Shown one piece after another: positions 1 through 11,209 of a DNA stretch of 64,000 bases. How positions within the stretch are numbered: position 1 is the first letter of the stretch; the number at the start of each line of letters is the position of its first letter. Below the pieces are notes generated by a model, which searched no databases, was not told the DNA's origin, and was given only the letters and a program-made list of their open reading frames with translations. The translations under genes were made by a program, and so were the position numbers. Source of the stretch: an uncultured delta proteobacterium (lineage in GTDB: Bacteria; Myxococcota_A; Polyangia; Polyangiales; Polyangiaceae); NCBI GenBank assembly GCA_963806225.1, contig CAWDXG010000004.1, positions 1,184,001 through 1,248,000 on the forward strand, read 5' to 3'.

Positions 1-196
1 GCTCGAGCGCCGAGAGCCAGCGATTGCGCGCCACGGCGTCGAGCTCCTTGTACGCCATCGCCGCGGCCAGTGCGGCTTCTGCGTCCGTCGCAAGTGCACC
101 CAGCCACGTGACCCATGCGTCGACAACACGCGCATCCAGACCGCTCGACGCGGATAGCGGCGGCTGCGTCAGGTCTGGACTCGAGGGGTGCTTCAT
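1..196 (-). CDS. hypothetical protein, runs off the left edge
   Basis: Manual translation from ATG 196: MKHPSSPDLTQPPLSASSGLDARVVDAWVTWLGALATDAEAALAAAMAYKELDAVARNRWLSALE; no stop before the edge. Confidence 0.6.
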   Translation of the reverse strand, partial: MKHPSSPDLTQPPLSASSGLDARVVDAWVTWLGALATDAEAALAAAMAYKELDAVARNRWLSALE

Positions 197-359
197 GGCT
201 CTCGCGGCGCGCTGCCGCAGTTCAAAACGCAAGCTGATGATCTAGAGGATCGAGTGGCGCCTCGCAACGGGCGCCTCGACCAACGCGCACAACCTGTGCC
301 GAGGGCGCACGCCCCCGCGCCACGCCAGCCACGGGCGGGAATGACGCCGGTCACCCGGT

Positions 360-605
360 TCAGCTGCTCGAGCGCTCGGCGTCGATCACCGCACCGATCT
401 CGCGCGCCAGGTCGGCGAGCACCTCGTCGAGCTCCGCTGTGCGCGAAACGGGGGCGGCGATTTGCAGGTCTCCGCCGCGTTCGGCAAACAGCGCGCCAAG
501 TCCTTCGCTGGCTTCGAAGATGCCCTTGACGAACACGACGTCGCGCCGCTCCACGTGGACCCGACGTACCACGAGACCGGGACCGAGCAGCGGCTTCACC
601 GACAT
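360..605 (-). CDS. small conserved protein, DUF4911-like
   Basis: 81 aa; VERRDVVFVKGIFEASEGLG resembles DUF4911; TAGACT hexamer 6 nt upstream of the ATG. Confidence 0.6.
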   Translation of the reverse strand: MSVKPLLGPGLVVRRVHVERRDVVFVKGIFEASEGLGALFAERGGDLQIAAPVSRTAELDEVLADLAREIGAVIDAERSSS

Positions 606-723
606 CGCGCCAGTCTAGCGGATATCCGCCGCGCGCGAAGGACAGGCGCGGCCATTCCTGGCAGAGTACAATCGTGCCGGCTGCGGGCAATTCCGCCCGC
701 CCTCCGGAATCAGCCAGAACGAG

Positions 724-2227
724 ATGAGCCAGCTGGACAGCGAAGCCAACGACAACGACCCCGAAAGCGATCTGCCTCCGTTCGACGGCACGGACGAACT
801 GGAGGACGAGGAACCGGGGATCTCGATCGACCCCGGGACGCTGCTCACGACGCTCGACGACGAGGAGGGGCTGGACGATGAGCTGGCCACGGATCTCGAC
901 ATCGGCATCGAGCTCGACGCGCCTCCGGAGGACTCCGAGGAGACGGGCGGCGAGCTGGTACTCGACATCGCGACGCTGCTCAACCTGGGTGACGAGGAAC
1001 CCGACCCGGGCGAGCCGGACGAGACGGGTCCGGTCGACTTCGACGCCTCGGCGGGCATCCAGGCCCCGCCCACCGAGAGCCTCGCGGGGCCGGTCGAGGA
1101 AGGCACGGACGAGCCGTACGAGGATCTCGGTGTCCGGCGATCTCCCGGAGCTCGATGCGGACAGCGAAGGCGACTACGATGGCGAAGACGCCGCTTGGCT
1201 GGAGCTTCCGGAAACCCGCGACGACGAACCGCCACCGTGGGCGGAGCGCCATTGGCGTGACGATGTGCGCGTTCCCGGGGTCCTGGGCGCGGTAGCGCTC
1301 GCCGGCGGAGAGCTGGTTGCCGGCGGCGAAGAGCTCTTGTGGTGGTCCGCAGGCGCCGCTTCGCCGGAACGCCTCGACACCGGCGCGCGCGGCATCGAAA
1401 GCCTGGCCCTGGTCGGTCCGGATTTCGACGCCGTGCTGCTCGCCACCAGGGACCATCGCCTGCTCAGACGCTTCAGGAGCGCCCGCGAGCCGCAGCTCGT
1501 CGCCGGCTGGGGCCGGGTCGTCGGCAGCGGCAATCTGGGCGCGCCCGGCATCGAGCTGTGCCAGTGCGCAGCGAGCGCTCCGGACGTGGTCCTGGCCCGC
1601 ACGTCCTCGGGGCGCCTGGTGCGCAGCGACGACGGCGGCGAAACCTGGGCGGGAGTCGACGTGCGGGCGCGGGTGATCGCCATCGCGCCGAACGGTACGC
1701 CGCTGGCCCTGCTCGTGGGGGACCGGACCGGGCTGAGCCTGCTCAGCTCGGCGGATACCGGCTTGAGCTGGAGCCTGCAGCCGCTGGATGAATCGGGGCG
1801 GCGCGTCGCGGGAGGCACCGCACCGCTGCTCGCGGTCCGGGGCCCGGTCGTCTGCATCGGCGACAGTGCACGCGGGCTAGCCGTGTCGACCGACGGGGGC
1901 GCCAGCTTCGCGCATGTGGACGGCTGCGCGGGGATCAGTGCGCTGGCGACGGGCGAGCTCGACGCCGAGCCGCGCGTCTGGGCGGCAATCTACGATGAAC
2001 CGAACGATCACACCCACCTGGTACTGGTCGACCCCCCACGCGCGAGAGCCGAACGCATCGCCGAGATCGAGGCGCCGGGCCTCGAAGAGGAACCAGCGCT
2101 CGAACATGCGCGCGTAGCCGCGCTAGGGTGGGATCCGGAACGTCGGCGGCTGTGGGCCGCGGGTTTTGGCGGGCTCCGTTCCTGGGCGCCCCCCGGCAGC
2201 GAGGGCAGCGACGTCACAGGAGGCTGA
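724..2227 (+). CDS. acidic N-terminal region plus Asp-box/BNR beta-propeller protein (one frameshift near 1130)
   Basis: ORF 724..1260 (D/E-rich) joins the frame of 878..2227 (SGDLPELDADSEG...) if one extra G is removed; Asp-box motifs RSDDGGETW, SSADTGLSW, STDGGASF. Confidence 0.7.
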
Positions 2228-3971
2228 CGCTTCCAACGCGCGATCGGGGCGCGAGCTCTCGACGCTCTACGACGACGTTGAAAGGGGACTCCTGCGCGAC
2301 GAGGGGCCCGCCGCGGACGCCGCGGCCGCCACGGCGGAGTGGCTCGATGACGCACGCCAGCTCCTGACGCCACTGATCGCGCGGCCGCTCGAGGCCCGGG
2401 CGCGCGTCTCTCCGCCTCCGTCACTACAGGCGGCGATCCTGGCGGCGCGCGTGCGCCGCCGCGCTCTGGCCGACTCCGACGACGTTGCCTCGCTGGCCGC
2501 GACCGCGCGCGGCGGCGCGATTCTGGAACGCCGCGCCGCGCTGGAGCGCCTGGCAGAGCTGGCCAAGCACGACGCGGCGCGGCTCGACGCTGTCGATCTC
2601 CGCCCAGTCAGCCACGAACCCCAGCTCGAGCTCGACCTCCTGCGGCTGTCGGCACGGCTGCGGGGAGCTGCCGGACGCGAGGCGCGGGCGGAGCTCGCCC
2701 GGGTGAATCAGCTGCTCAAGGCGTTCGAAACCGCCGTGCGGCAGGTCGTCGAAGGGGTACGGGGCGGCAATCCGCTCGCAGAGCTCGACCCCCACCAGAG
2801 AGCCCGGTTGATGCTCCACGCGCGCCACCTCGACGACTTCTCGATCGGCTTCATCATCGACAGCATCAGCGCGGCCGTGACCGAAGGAGACACTGCCCAG
2901 GCCGTCGACAGCCTGGCGGCAGTGCGTCCGATGGCCGATGCCCGCCTACTGATGGTGCTCGCCGGTGCACTGCTGGATGACCCGCGCAGCGAGGTGCGGG
3001 CCGAAGCGGCGCGCTGCATCGCGCGCGTCGACGACCGGCGCGTCGTGCCGCTGCTCGTCATGGCCAACGCCCGCGCTTCGGATCTCGGCGAGCGCATCGC
3101 GCTGGCCGAGGCGCTGGGCATCTGGGGCGATTTCCGCAGCAGCGACGCGATCCTCGAGGGGCTGGCGGATCCCGGACGCGGCACGCGCATCGCCGCTCTC
3201 GACGCGCTGTACGACCCCGCGCTGGTCGAGCGGGCGGTGGCGCGGGCAAACCAGGAGGACTTCGACGAACGCCGCGCCGCGATCCGCGCATTGGGACGCG
3301 CCGGCGACGAGCGCGCGCTCGGCTGGCTCGACCGACTTGAAGGCGACGAAGCAGAGCTTCCGCCCGCGCTCGGCGTGGAGCTCTCGGTCGCGCGCGAAGC
3401 CGTGCTCGCGCGCGCCGAGATGCGGGGCGACGCGCCGCACGAGCTGCTCGAACGCGCGCGCCGCGGCGCGCGCAAGAGGACCCGCGCCCTCGAGCGCTCT
3501 CCCGGCGCGCCGCCCACCAAGCGTCACCGCGTGCTGGCGTGGCTCCTGATGCTGAGGGCGCTCGTGCTATCCGCACTGCGTCTGCGCGAATCGGCCAGCG
3601 CGCTGTGCGACCGGGCGCTGGCCGCGGATCCGCGCTGGTACCGGCCAGGGCTCTACCAGGGCCGGCTGTGGGACCGCGCCGGCGATCTGGCGCGTGCGGT
3701 AGCCGGCTACCGACGTGCGCTGGCAATCGCCCCGGCCGAGCTCTCGGCGCGTGCCGCGGACATGACCCGCATTGCCACGGCCTATCTGAACCGCGCCGAA
3801 GCGCTGCACGACGCCGGGCGCATCGAGGTTGCCCGCGCCGTGCTCGACGAGCTCTCGGTCCTCGATCTGTCCTCTGTGCCACCCCACATCCGGCACGCGC
3901 TCAGACGCCGGCGACGGCGGCTCCTGTTGATGCCGTCATTGCCCTCGGCCTCCGGCAGTCCCGCTCGGTAG
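2166..3971 (+). CDS. HEAT-repeat protein with C-terminal TPR-like region
   Basis: HEAT/PBS-lyase-like repeats (LLDDPRSEVRAEAARCIAR, ERRAAIRALGRAGDERALGWL), hydrophobic segment, TPR-like ALAADPRW / YRRALAIAP; start uncertain. Confidence 0.7.
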   Translation: MAGSVPGRPPAARAATSQEADASNARSGRELSTLYDDVERGLLRDEGPAADAAAATAEWLDDARQLLTPLIARPLEARARVSPPPSLQAAILAARVRRRALADSDDVASLAATARGGAILERRAALERLAELAKHDAARLDAVDLRPVSHEPQLELDLLRLSARLRGAAGREARAELARVNQLLKAFETAVRQVVEGVRGGNPLAELDPHQRARLMLHARHLDDFSIGFIIDSISAAVTEGDTAQAVDSLAAVRPMADARLLMVLAGALLDDPRSEVRAEAARCIARVDDRRVVPLLVMANARASDLGERIALAEALGIWGDFRSSDAILEGLADPGRGTRIAALDALYDPALVERAVARANQEDFDERRAAIRALGRAGDERALGWLDRLEGDEAELPPALGVELSVAREAVLARAEMRGDAPHELLERARRGARKRTRALERSPGAPPTKRHRVLAWLLMLRALVLSALRLRESASALCDRALAADPRWYRPGLYQGRLWDRAGDLARAVAGYRRALAIAPAELSARAADMTRIATAYLNRAEALHDAGRIEVARAVLDELSVLDLSSVPPHIRHALRRRRRRLLLMPSLPSASGSPAR

Positions 3972-4070
3972 TCCGGCCGGGCGCAAGCTCGATGGACTGC
4001 GGACCAGCTTCCAACCGAACCAGGCGCCGGTTCCGCTCCGCGCGCTTTTCTGGCTATGCTCCGCGCCGCG

Positions 4071-4904
4071 ATGGCGTATGTCCCCGAGCAGCTGCTGCGG
4101 CGGGAGATGATCAGGTTCGGTCACCTCTGCTACGAGCGTGGGCTGCTCGTGGGGATGGACGGCAACCTCTCGGTGCGGCTGGGCCGCGGGCTGGTCCTGT
4201 GCACGCAGGCGGGCTGCCACAAGGGGCTCCTTTCGGACGAGCACCTGGTGGTCATCGACATGGACGGGAAGAAGGTGCGCGGACGGGGCGAGCCGACCTC
4301 GGAGATGGCCATGCACCTGGAAGCCTACCGGGCCCGGGACGACGTGCAGGCGGTGATCCACGCCCACCCGCCGATGGCGGTCGCGTTCACGGTCGCCGGC
4401 CTGACGCTTGCCCGCTGTGCGTTGCCGGAGGTGGTGCTGACGCTGGGGACGGTGCCGACGCTCTCCTACGAGACCACCGGAACCGAGCGGCTGGCCGCGG
4501 CCGTCGGCGAGGCCGTGGCGCGCCACGACGGCGTCATGATGGACCGCCATGGGGCGGTGTGCGTGGGCTCGACGCTCCTCGACGCCTTTTGCAAGCTCGA
4601 GACCATCGAGCACATGGCGAAGATCATGAAGGCTGCCCGCGACCTGGGCGGCATCCAGGACCTGCCGGCCGACGAGAGCGTCCGCCTCCGGCGGATGGGC
4701 CTCAAGCGCTACGGCGGCCCGCCCGACGCGGTGGCCCGCGCGGACGAGCCGCTCGCCGACCTGCCACCCGCCTGCCTCGAGTGCTCGGGCTGCGGTAACC
4801 CGAAGAAGGACGGGCTAGCCCCGCCCGCCGGCTTCTCCGTCGCGCGCATCACGGCGCCCGAGGCGATGCCGACCTGCGGGCGCGACATCTCGAACCGGGC
4901 CTGA
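4071..4904 (+). CDS. class II aldolase/adducin family protein (FucA-like) with Cys-containing C-terminal tail
   Basis: DGNLSVR, PTSEMAMH, IHAHPP (HxH zinc site) and DRHG motifs. Confidence 0.9.
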   Translation: MAYVPEQLLRREMIRFGHLCYERGLLVGMDGNLSVRLGRGLVLCTQAGCHKGLLSDEHLVVIDMDGKKVRGRGEPTSEMAMHLEAYRARDDVQAVIHAHPPMAVAFTVAGLTLARCALPEVVLTLGTVPTLSYETTGTERLAAAVGEAVARHDGVMMDRHGAVCVGSTLLDAFCKLETIEHMAKIMKAARDLGGIQDLPADESVRLRRMGLKRYGGPPDAVARADEPLADLPPACLECSGCGNPKKDGLAPPAGFSVARITAPEAMPTCGRDISNRA

Positions 4905-5125
4905 CCGATCACGCCGCGGGGCCGTGCCCTGAGCTCGGGACGAGCAGTGCATCATCGCTTGCGCACAGAAGAACAACTGCGGCTGCGCAAGCTGTGGGTG
5001 TAGGGATTTCAGTCGTGGTCTAGACTGGGCCACCCCCTGGGCAAGCAAGCTCACGCGCACGAGCTGCAGCAGCGAATGCGCGGGCCCGCCGGGCAAGCCC
5101 GTAGAGCAGCGAAGGCACCAACCTG

Positions 5126-5833
5126 ATGGCGCGCAAGCGATACAATCTGGGTCTCCTCCGGCTCGTTCCCCTCGCCCGGCTGGTTCCGGGGCGGGCATGG
5201 GCGGCTCGAACACCGGCTTGGTCTGGCCCCGCGCTGCTCACCCTCGCGGTCCTTGGCTGCGGGGGTCCAGGCGCTGCCAACGTGCCCCACGCCCGTCCGA
5301 CATCCGCGGTCCCTGTCCGCAAGAGTGCAGGCCCTGCGAAAGTGTCCCATGCCCCTCCGGAACCCGCAGCCCGTGACTGCAAGAATACGGCCGATGACTA
5401 TCGTCCGTACGCCTACCCGAAGCCCGTAAAGGTCACGATCCCCGCTCCGCCGGATCTATCGGGGCTTCCGACCGACGCGGCGGGCCGCCGTGTGTTGATC
5501 GACACGGGTGCTGTCGAGCTCGCCGTCGACACGACCTACCGCGGTCCCTCCACCGCGCTGGCGACGTGCTTGGAGGTGATCGGCCAATGCTGGGACGATC
5601 AGCACATGACTGCCGACAACCTGGTCGCCGTCAAGGATCTGTGCGAACGCTCGGCGCCCGTCTGCGCGACACAGCAACCGTGGAACGAAGCGCCGTGCTG
5701 CCCGGCGAGTTGCGGGGAGCGCTACAAGCAGCTCCGTATCGCGTGCAAAGGTACCGAAACGGCCGAGAAGGAGGTCTACTTCGGCGACAACCCCTGCATC
5801 CCCGGGCTCCGCGAAGCCCTGCACCGCCACTGA
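5126..5833 (+). CDS. hypothetical lipoprotein with Cys-rich C-terminal domain
   Basis: Lipobox-like LAVLGC, Pro-rich linker, multiple Cys in the C-terminal half; start uncertain. Confidence 0.6.
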   Translation: MARKRYNLGLLRLVPLARLVPGRAWAARTPAWSGPALLTLAVLGCGGPGAANVPHARPTSAVPVRKSAGPAKVSHAPPEPAARDCKNTADDYRPYAYPKPVKVTIPAPPDLSGLPTDAAGRRVLIDTGAVELAVDTTYRGPSTALATCLEVIGQCWDDQHMTADNLVAVKDLCERSAPVCATQQPWNEAPCCPASCGERYKQLRIACKGTETAEKEVYFGDNPCIPGLREALHRH

Positions 5834-5880
5834 GGCGCGCGCCGCGGCGGCTTGAGCAGCGGCTCACCGCCGCTGGCGGG

Positions 5881-8017
5881 TCAGCCGCGCGCGCTGGCGC
5901 GCTCCCGGCGACGCAGCCCGAGGGCCGCGAGCGCGAGCAACCACACGAGGCGCGGCGACCGCGCGGGCGAGCCAGACAGGTGACAGCCGCAACCGCCAGG
6001 ATCCGGGGCCGCAGCCGCAGGGCCGCCACCGGTACCCGCGCCGCCGGCACCCGCCCCACCACCGGCACCCGCGCCGCCGGCACCCGCTGCGCCACCAGTC
6101 GGGCCGGCCTGGAAGACATAGGCAGCACCCTGGGCGTTCGGTCCGAGACTGACGGCCGCCCCGATCAGCGCCGTGTTGCCCGAAAGCGACACCGGGTCAC
6201 CGAATTTTTCAACCTGTTCCCCGGAGGGGCCGGTGATGTGCTGTTGCTGGGTCCAGCTGGTACCGGAGCGCACGAACACGTAGGCCGAGCCCTGATAGCT
6301 GTTGCCACCGACAGTGTCTGCCGTCGCCCCGACCAGCGCTGTGTCGCCCAACAGCGACACGGCGCTACCGAAGAGGTCGTTCAAGTCGCCGTCGGAGGCG
6401 GTGAGCTTGGCCTGCTGGGTCCAGCTGGTACCGGAGCGCACGAACACGTAGGCCGAGCCCTGGGAGTCATTCCCTCCGACAGTGTCGCCTTGCGCCCCGA
6501 CCAGCGCCTCGTCACCGTCAATCGACACGGCGAGACCGAACGCGGCGCCCTTTGCCCCGTCGGAGGCGCTGAGCTTGGCCTGCTGCACCCAGGTCGTACC
6601 CGAACGCACGAACACGTAGGCCGAGCCCGGAACATCAGGAGGGGTCATTCCGACCAGCGCCGTGTCGCCCGAAAGCGACACAGCCCAGCCGAACTGGTCG
6701 CCTGCCTTCTCGTCGGAGGTGGTGAGCTTGGTCTGCTGGGCCCAGGTCGTACCCGAACGCACGAACACGTAGGCCGAGCCCAGGGTGGAGGCCGATGCTT
6801 CCGCTCCGATCAGCGCAGTATCGCCCGAGAGCGATACTGCATCGCCGAACTTGTCGGACCCCGCACCGTCGGAGGCGGTGAGCTTGGCCTGCTCTGCCCA
6901 GGTCGTACCCGAACGCACGAACACATAGGCCGAGCCACGAGGCGATAGCATTGCATCGGGGTTCGACATCCGCGCTCCGATCAGCGCAGTGTCGCCGGAG
7001 AGCGATACTGCATCGCCGAACTTGTCGAGCGCCGCACCGTCGGACGCAGCGAGTTCCTGTTGCACGGTCCAGGTCGTACCCGAGCGCACGAACACGTACG
7101 CCGAGCCCTGGCTGCCGTGCGCTCTGCCCGCCCCGACCAGCGCCGTGTCGCCCGAGAGCGACACCGCCTTGCCGCCGAAGCCATCGTCCACCGCGCCGCC
7201 GGGGCTCGTGAGCTTGGCCTGCTGTGCCCACAGCAGTGGGTCGATGTGCAGCGGATAGGTCGCGTCCCGGTCGTCCAGCGAGAGCTCGATGCGGCCTTCG
7301 CGCACGCCGAGCTTCGCCGGCACGCGCGCTCCGTGCGCGTCGACTGCGTGCAGCTCGCCGTAGTAGAGCTTGGTCGCGCCGTCGCCACCGACCAGCGCAA
7401 TCCGCTCGCCGCCGGGCTCGAGCCGCGGTGAGAGCGCACCGCCGAGTTCGAGCTGTACCACCAGGTCGCCGGCCCCAGCGGGTCGCTCGGCGAGAATCGA
7501 AGAACTGCTCCAGCCCCAGCGGGCCGTGCACCCAGGTTTCGACTACGCCGCCGTGCCGGTACCGCACCCGGTTCTTCTCGGCTACCGGCTGCACTTCTTG
7601 CACCGCATCGAGCGCACCGTGCCGCCCCATCGCTGCGAGCGAAAGCCGGGCCTTGTGCTTCCCCGCCTCGAGCTCCACGCCCCGGTCGTCGAGCGTCGCG
7701 TCGAACGCAGCGCCTCGCTGGGGACTTCCAGGGGTCGCCGGGCCGTGGTGCACCCTGAAGGCTCCCGCCTTCGCCTCGAACGCGTCGGCTGGGCTCCCGC
7801 CGGCTTGTTGCGCTTGAATCCAGGCGGGCCGAAGCCCGGCCGGCATCTGCTGAACGCCCTTCGCGGCGCTGCCCAGCGGCGCTCGCCGCGACCCCTGGTT
7901 GCTCGCCTCGCCAGCGGACCCGGTGCAACTCATCAAGACGAGCGACGCGCTCGCCAGCACCAACAGGAACACCCTCGGGGCGCTCGATCGGCGCACGCAT
8001 CTCTGGTCAATCGTCAC
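5881..8017 (-). CDS. FG-GAP repeat surface protein with MYXO-CTERM sorting signal (frameshift near 7495)
   Basis: About 7 repeats of FGxAVSLSGDTALxGA...GSAYVFVRSGTTWxQQAKL; C-terminus GGCGC-x-hydrophobic-RRR; N-terminal ORF 6635..8017 (ETWVHGPLGLEQFF) joins 5881..7461 after removing one base. Confidence 0.85.
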
Positions 8018-8151
8018 GGTCTCTCCTCTTCCCCACCCAAGGGGAACAAAACACCCAGCATGGACGACGCTAGTGGATCACCGAATCGCTAGCAAGCGCG
8101 TCGAAGTCGACAGCGCGTGCAGCGGTGGCGCGGCGCCAGTATGCCGCTGCC

Positions 8152-8424
8152 ATGACACGTCGCTGCGTTCCGTTGCTCGCGCTGTCTCTCGTCGTGGCCT
8201 GTGCCGGCGCTCGGCCGCCGGCCGCGGCGTCCCGCGCTACGAAGACCGACGTCGCTCGCGCGGCGCCGGCGCAAAGCGCGGCCAGCGCGCCGGACCGACA
8301 CCCATCCGCGAACGTACCTCAAGCGACGTCCGCCGAGCCGCCCGTCGGCACATCCGGGCCCTACTCGCTTGCCGCGTTCAAGAAGGTCATCGACTACGCA
8401 CTGAAGCACCCGGCGAAGCCGTAG
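8152..8424 (+). CDS. small hypothetical lipoprotein, possibly truncated
   Basis: MTRRCVPLLALSLVVAC lipobox; Ala/Pro-rich, 90 aa. Confidence 0.45.
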   Translation: MTRRCVPLLALSLVVACAGARPPAAASRATKTDVARAAPAQSAASAPDRHPSANVPQATSAEPPVGTSGPYSLAAFKKVIDYALKHPAKP

Positions 8425-8531
8425 CCAGGCCGGATGGGGATGTCGGTCCCTCGTCGGGGATTCCGCAGCGTACGACTGCGGCCTCCGGCAGTCTGCTGCC
8501 TGAACGGTCGCAATCGGAGTATTGTCGAAGC

Positions 8532-9827
8532 GTGAGCGACACGCGCGTGCTCAGCATCACGGTGGAGCTGGCGGATAGCCAGGGCGGCTCCACCATCGTG
8601 ATCCGCGACCCGTTCGGGCCCACTCGCCGGGTGTACACGACGGGTAACGCGCAGCTGCCCGAAGCGCGACAGGTGATCGATCTGCTCGGTCTGACCGCCG
8701 CGCACCGCGGTTCGTCCCATCCCCCTTCGGTCTACCCGGCGTCCCCGTCCCCGGCTCCCGTGTCGGTGCTGGGTGCGACACCCATCTCGTTCCGGGTGGG
8801 TCCCGCCTCGCAACGCCCGCCGGCCGCGGCGCATCCGTCGCAGGCTCCACTGGAGCTCGTGGACCTGCGCGAAGACACCGCCCCGCTCGACCTGACCCCG
8901 TCGACGCTGCATCGCGAACCGCTGCCGGGGACTCTCGAGGCGCTCGTCGGTTCGGTGCTGAGGGCCGGACGCAGCTCGCAGACCTCGACCGTCGACGAGG
9001 CGCTCGCAGCGGCGAAGAACTCGCTTTCCGAACGGGACCTGCCGTGCATCGCGCGTCTTCTGACGCGCCTGGAGAGCGCACTCGAGCCGGCGGCGCCGGT
9101 CGAGGAGACCGCGCTGGCGCTGGCAGCCATCGGCGCCGTCGCGCGACGCCTGTCGTCGAGCCCCGACGATCCAGCCTCCGTCGAGCTGCGCGGCGACGAG
9201 CAGGAAACGGGGCCGATGGAGTGGTGCGAGCTGGTGGAGGTCGGCCGTTGCCGCGAACGGGCCGGCGTCGGCTGGGAAACACGTCTCCTGGTCAACCCCA
9301 AGACCGGCGAGCTCCTGCGTGAAGCCGGAGCGCCCACGCGCGGCGCGCTGTCACTCGGCTCGCCGGGACGCCGCGTCGTCGTCAACTTCTCGAGCCGACT
9401 GGTTGGCCTGGACCCGCCCCGCATCCGTGTCTACCAGTACGAGTACGCACCGGCAGCGTCGCCGGAGGACCTGGCGCGTGCCGCAGCTTTCGCCCAGCGT
9501 TCGTTCACGCTCCCGAACGACGTGCACAATAACCCGCTGCTCCTGGTGGCGAGACCGCTACCGGTGCTGCTCTCCCCGGAGCGCATCGAGAGCGATCGCA
9601 CAGCCGGCATCCGTCTCGTGGATGCCGAGGGGCACTGCCTGCTGCTCGCGGACGAGCTGGAGCCGGGCGCCTGCGAAGCGCTGCTCGACTTCATCGAATC
9701 CGGCTCCGGCAAGGTGTCGGCACTGGCCGGAGCGCTGGTCGCGCGCGCCAGCGGGATCGCATTCGTCCCCTGGTCGGCCATCGCCGGTAGCGAGGACGGC
9801 TGCCGCTTGTTCCAGCTCGCGCTGTAG
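8532..9827 (+). CDS. hypothetical protein
   Basis: Protein-like part of ORF 7899..9827 starting at GTG 8532 ([14 protein letters not shown]), with TATTGT 6 nt upstream. Confidence 0.65.
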   Translation: MSDTRVLSITVELADSQGGSTIVIRDPFGPTRRVYTTGNAQLPEARQVIDLLGLTAAHRGSSHPPSVYPASPSPAPVSVLGATPISFRVGPASQRPPAAAHPSQAPLELVDLREDTAPLDLTPSTLHREPLPGTLEALVGSVLRAGRSSQTSTVDEALAAAKNSLSERDLPCIARLLTRLESALEPAAPVEETALALAAIGAVARRLSSSPDDPASVELRGDEQETGPMEWCELVEVGRCRERAGVGWETRLLVNPKTGELLREAGAPTRGALSLGSPGRRVVVNFSSRLVGLDPPRIRVYQYEYAPAASPEDLARAAAFAQRSFTLPNDVHNNPLLLVARPLPVLLSPERIESDRTAGIRLVDAEGHCLLLADELEPGACEALLDFIESGSGKVSALAGALVARASGIAFVPWSAIAGSEDGCRLFQLAL

Positions 9828-9961
9828 GCCCCCGTCCGGCCTTCCTGCAAGAAACCGATCCCGCTCTGGACGTCTTCCGGACCGCGTGGGACCCGCTCCG
9901 GGTGATCGACCGCAGGCGTGCGCTTGGCCCAGCCTGCGGGGCCGTGCTACGCGCGGGAGTC

Positions 9962-11209
<1,248 letters not shown>

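Noticed and set aside
4905..5125. TPP riboswitch-like fragments (ctgag, aacctgat, gtaggga)
   Set aside because: The elements are in the wrong order and no thiamine gene follows.
6100..7230. Regularly spaced DNA repeats resembling an array
   Set aside because: Fully explained by FG-GAP protein repeats.
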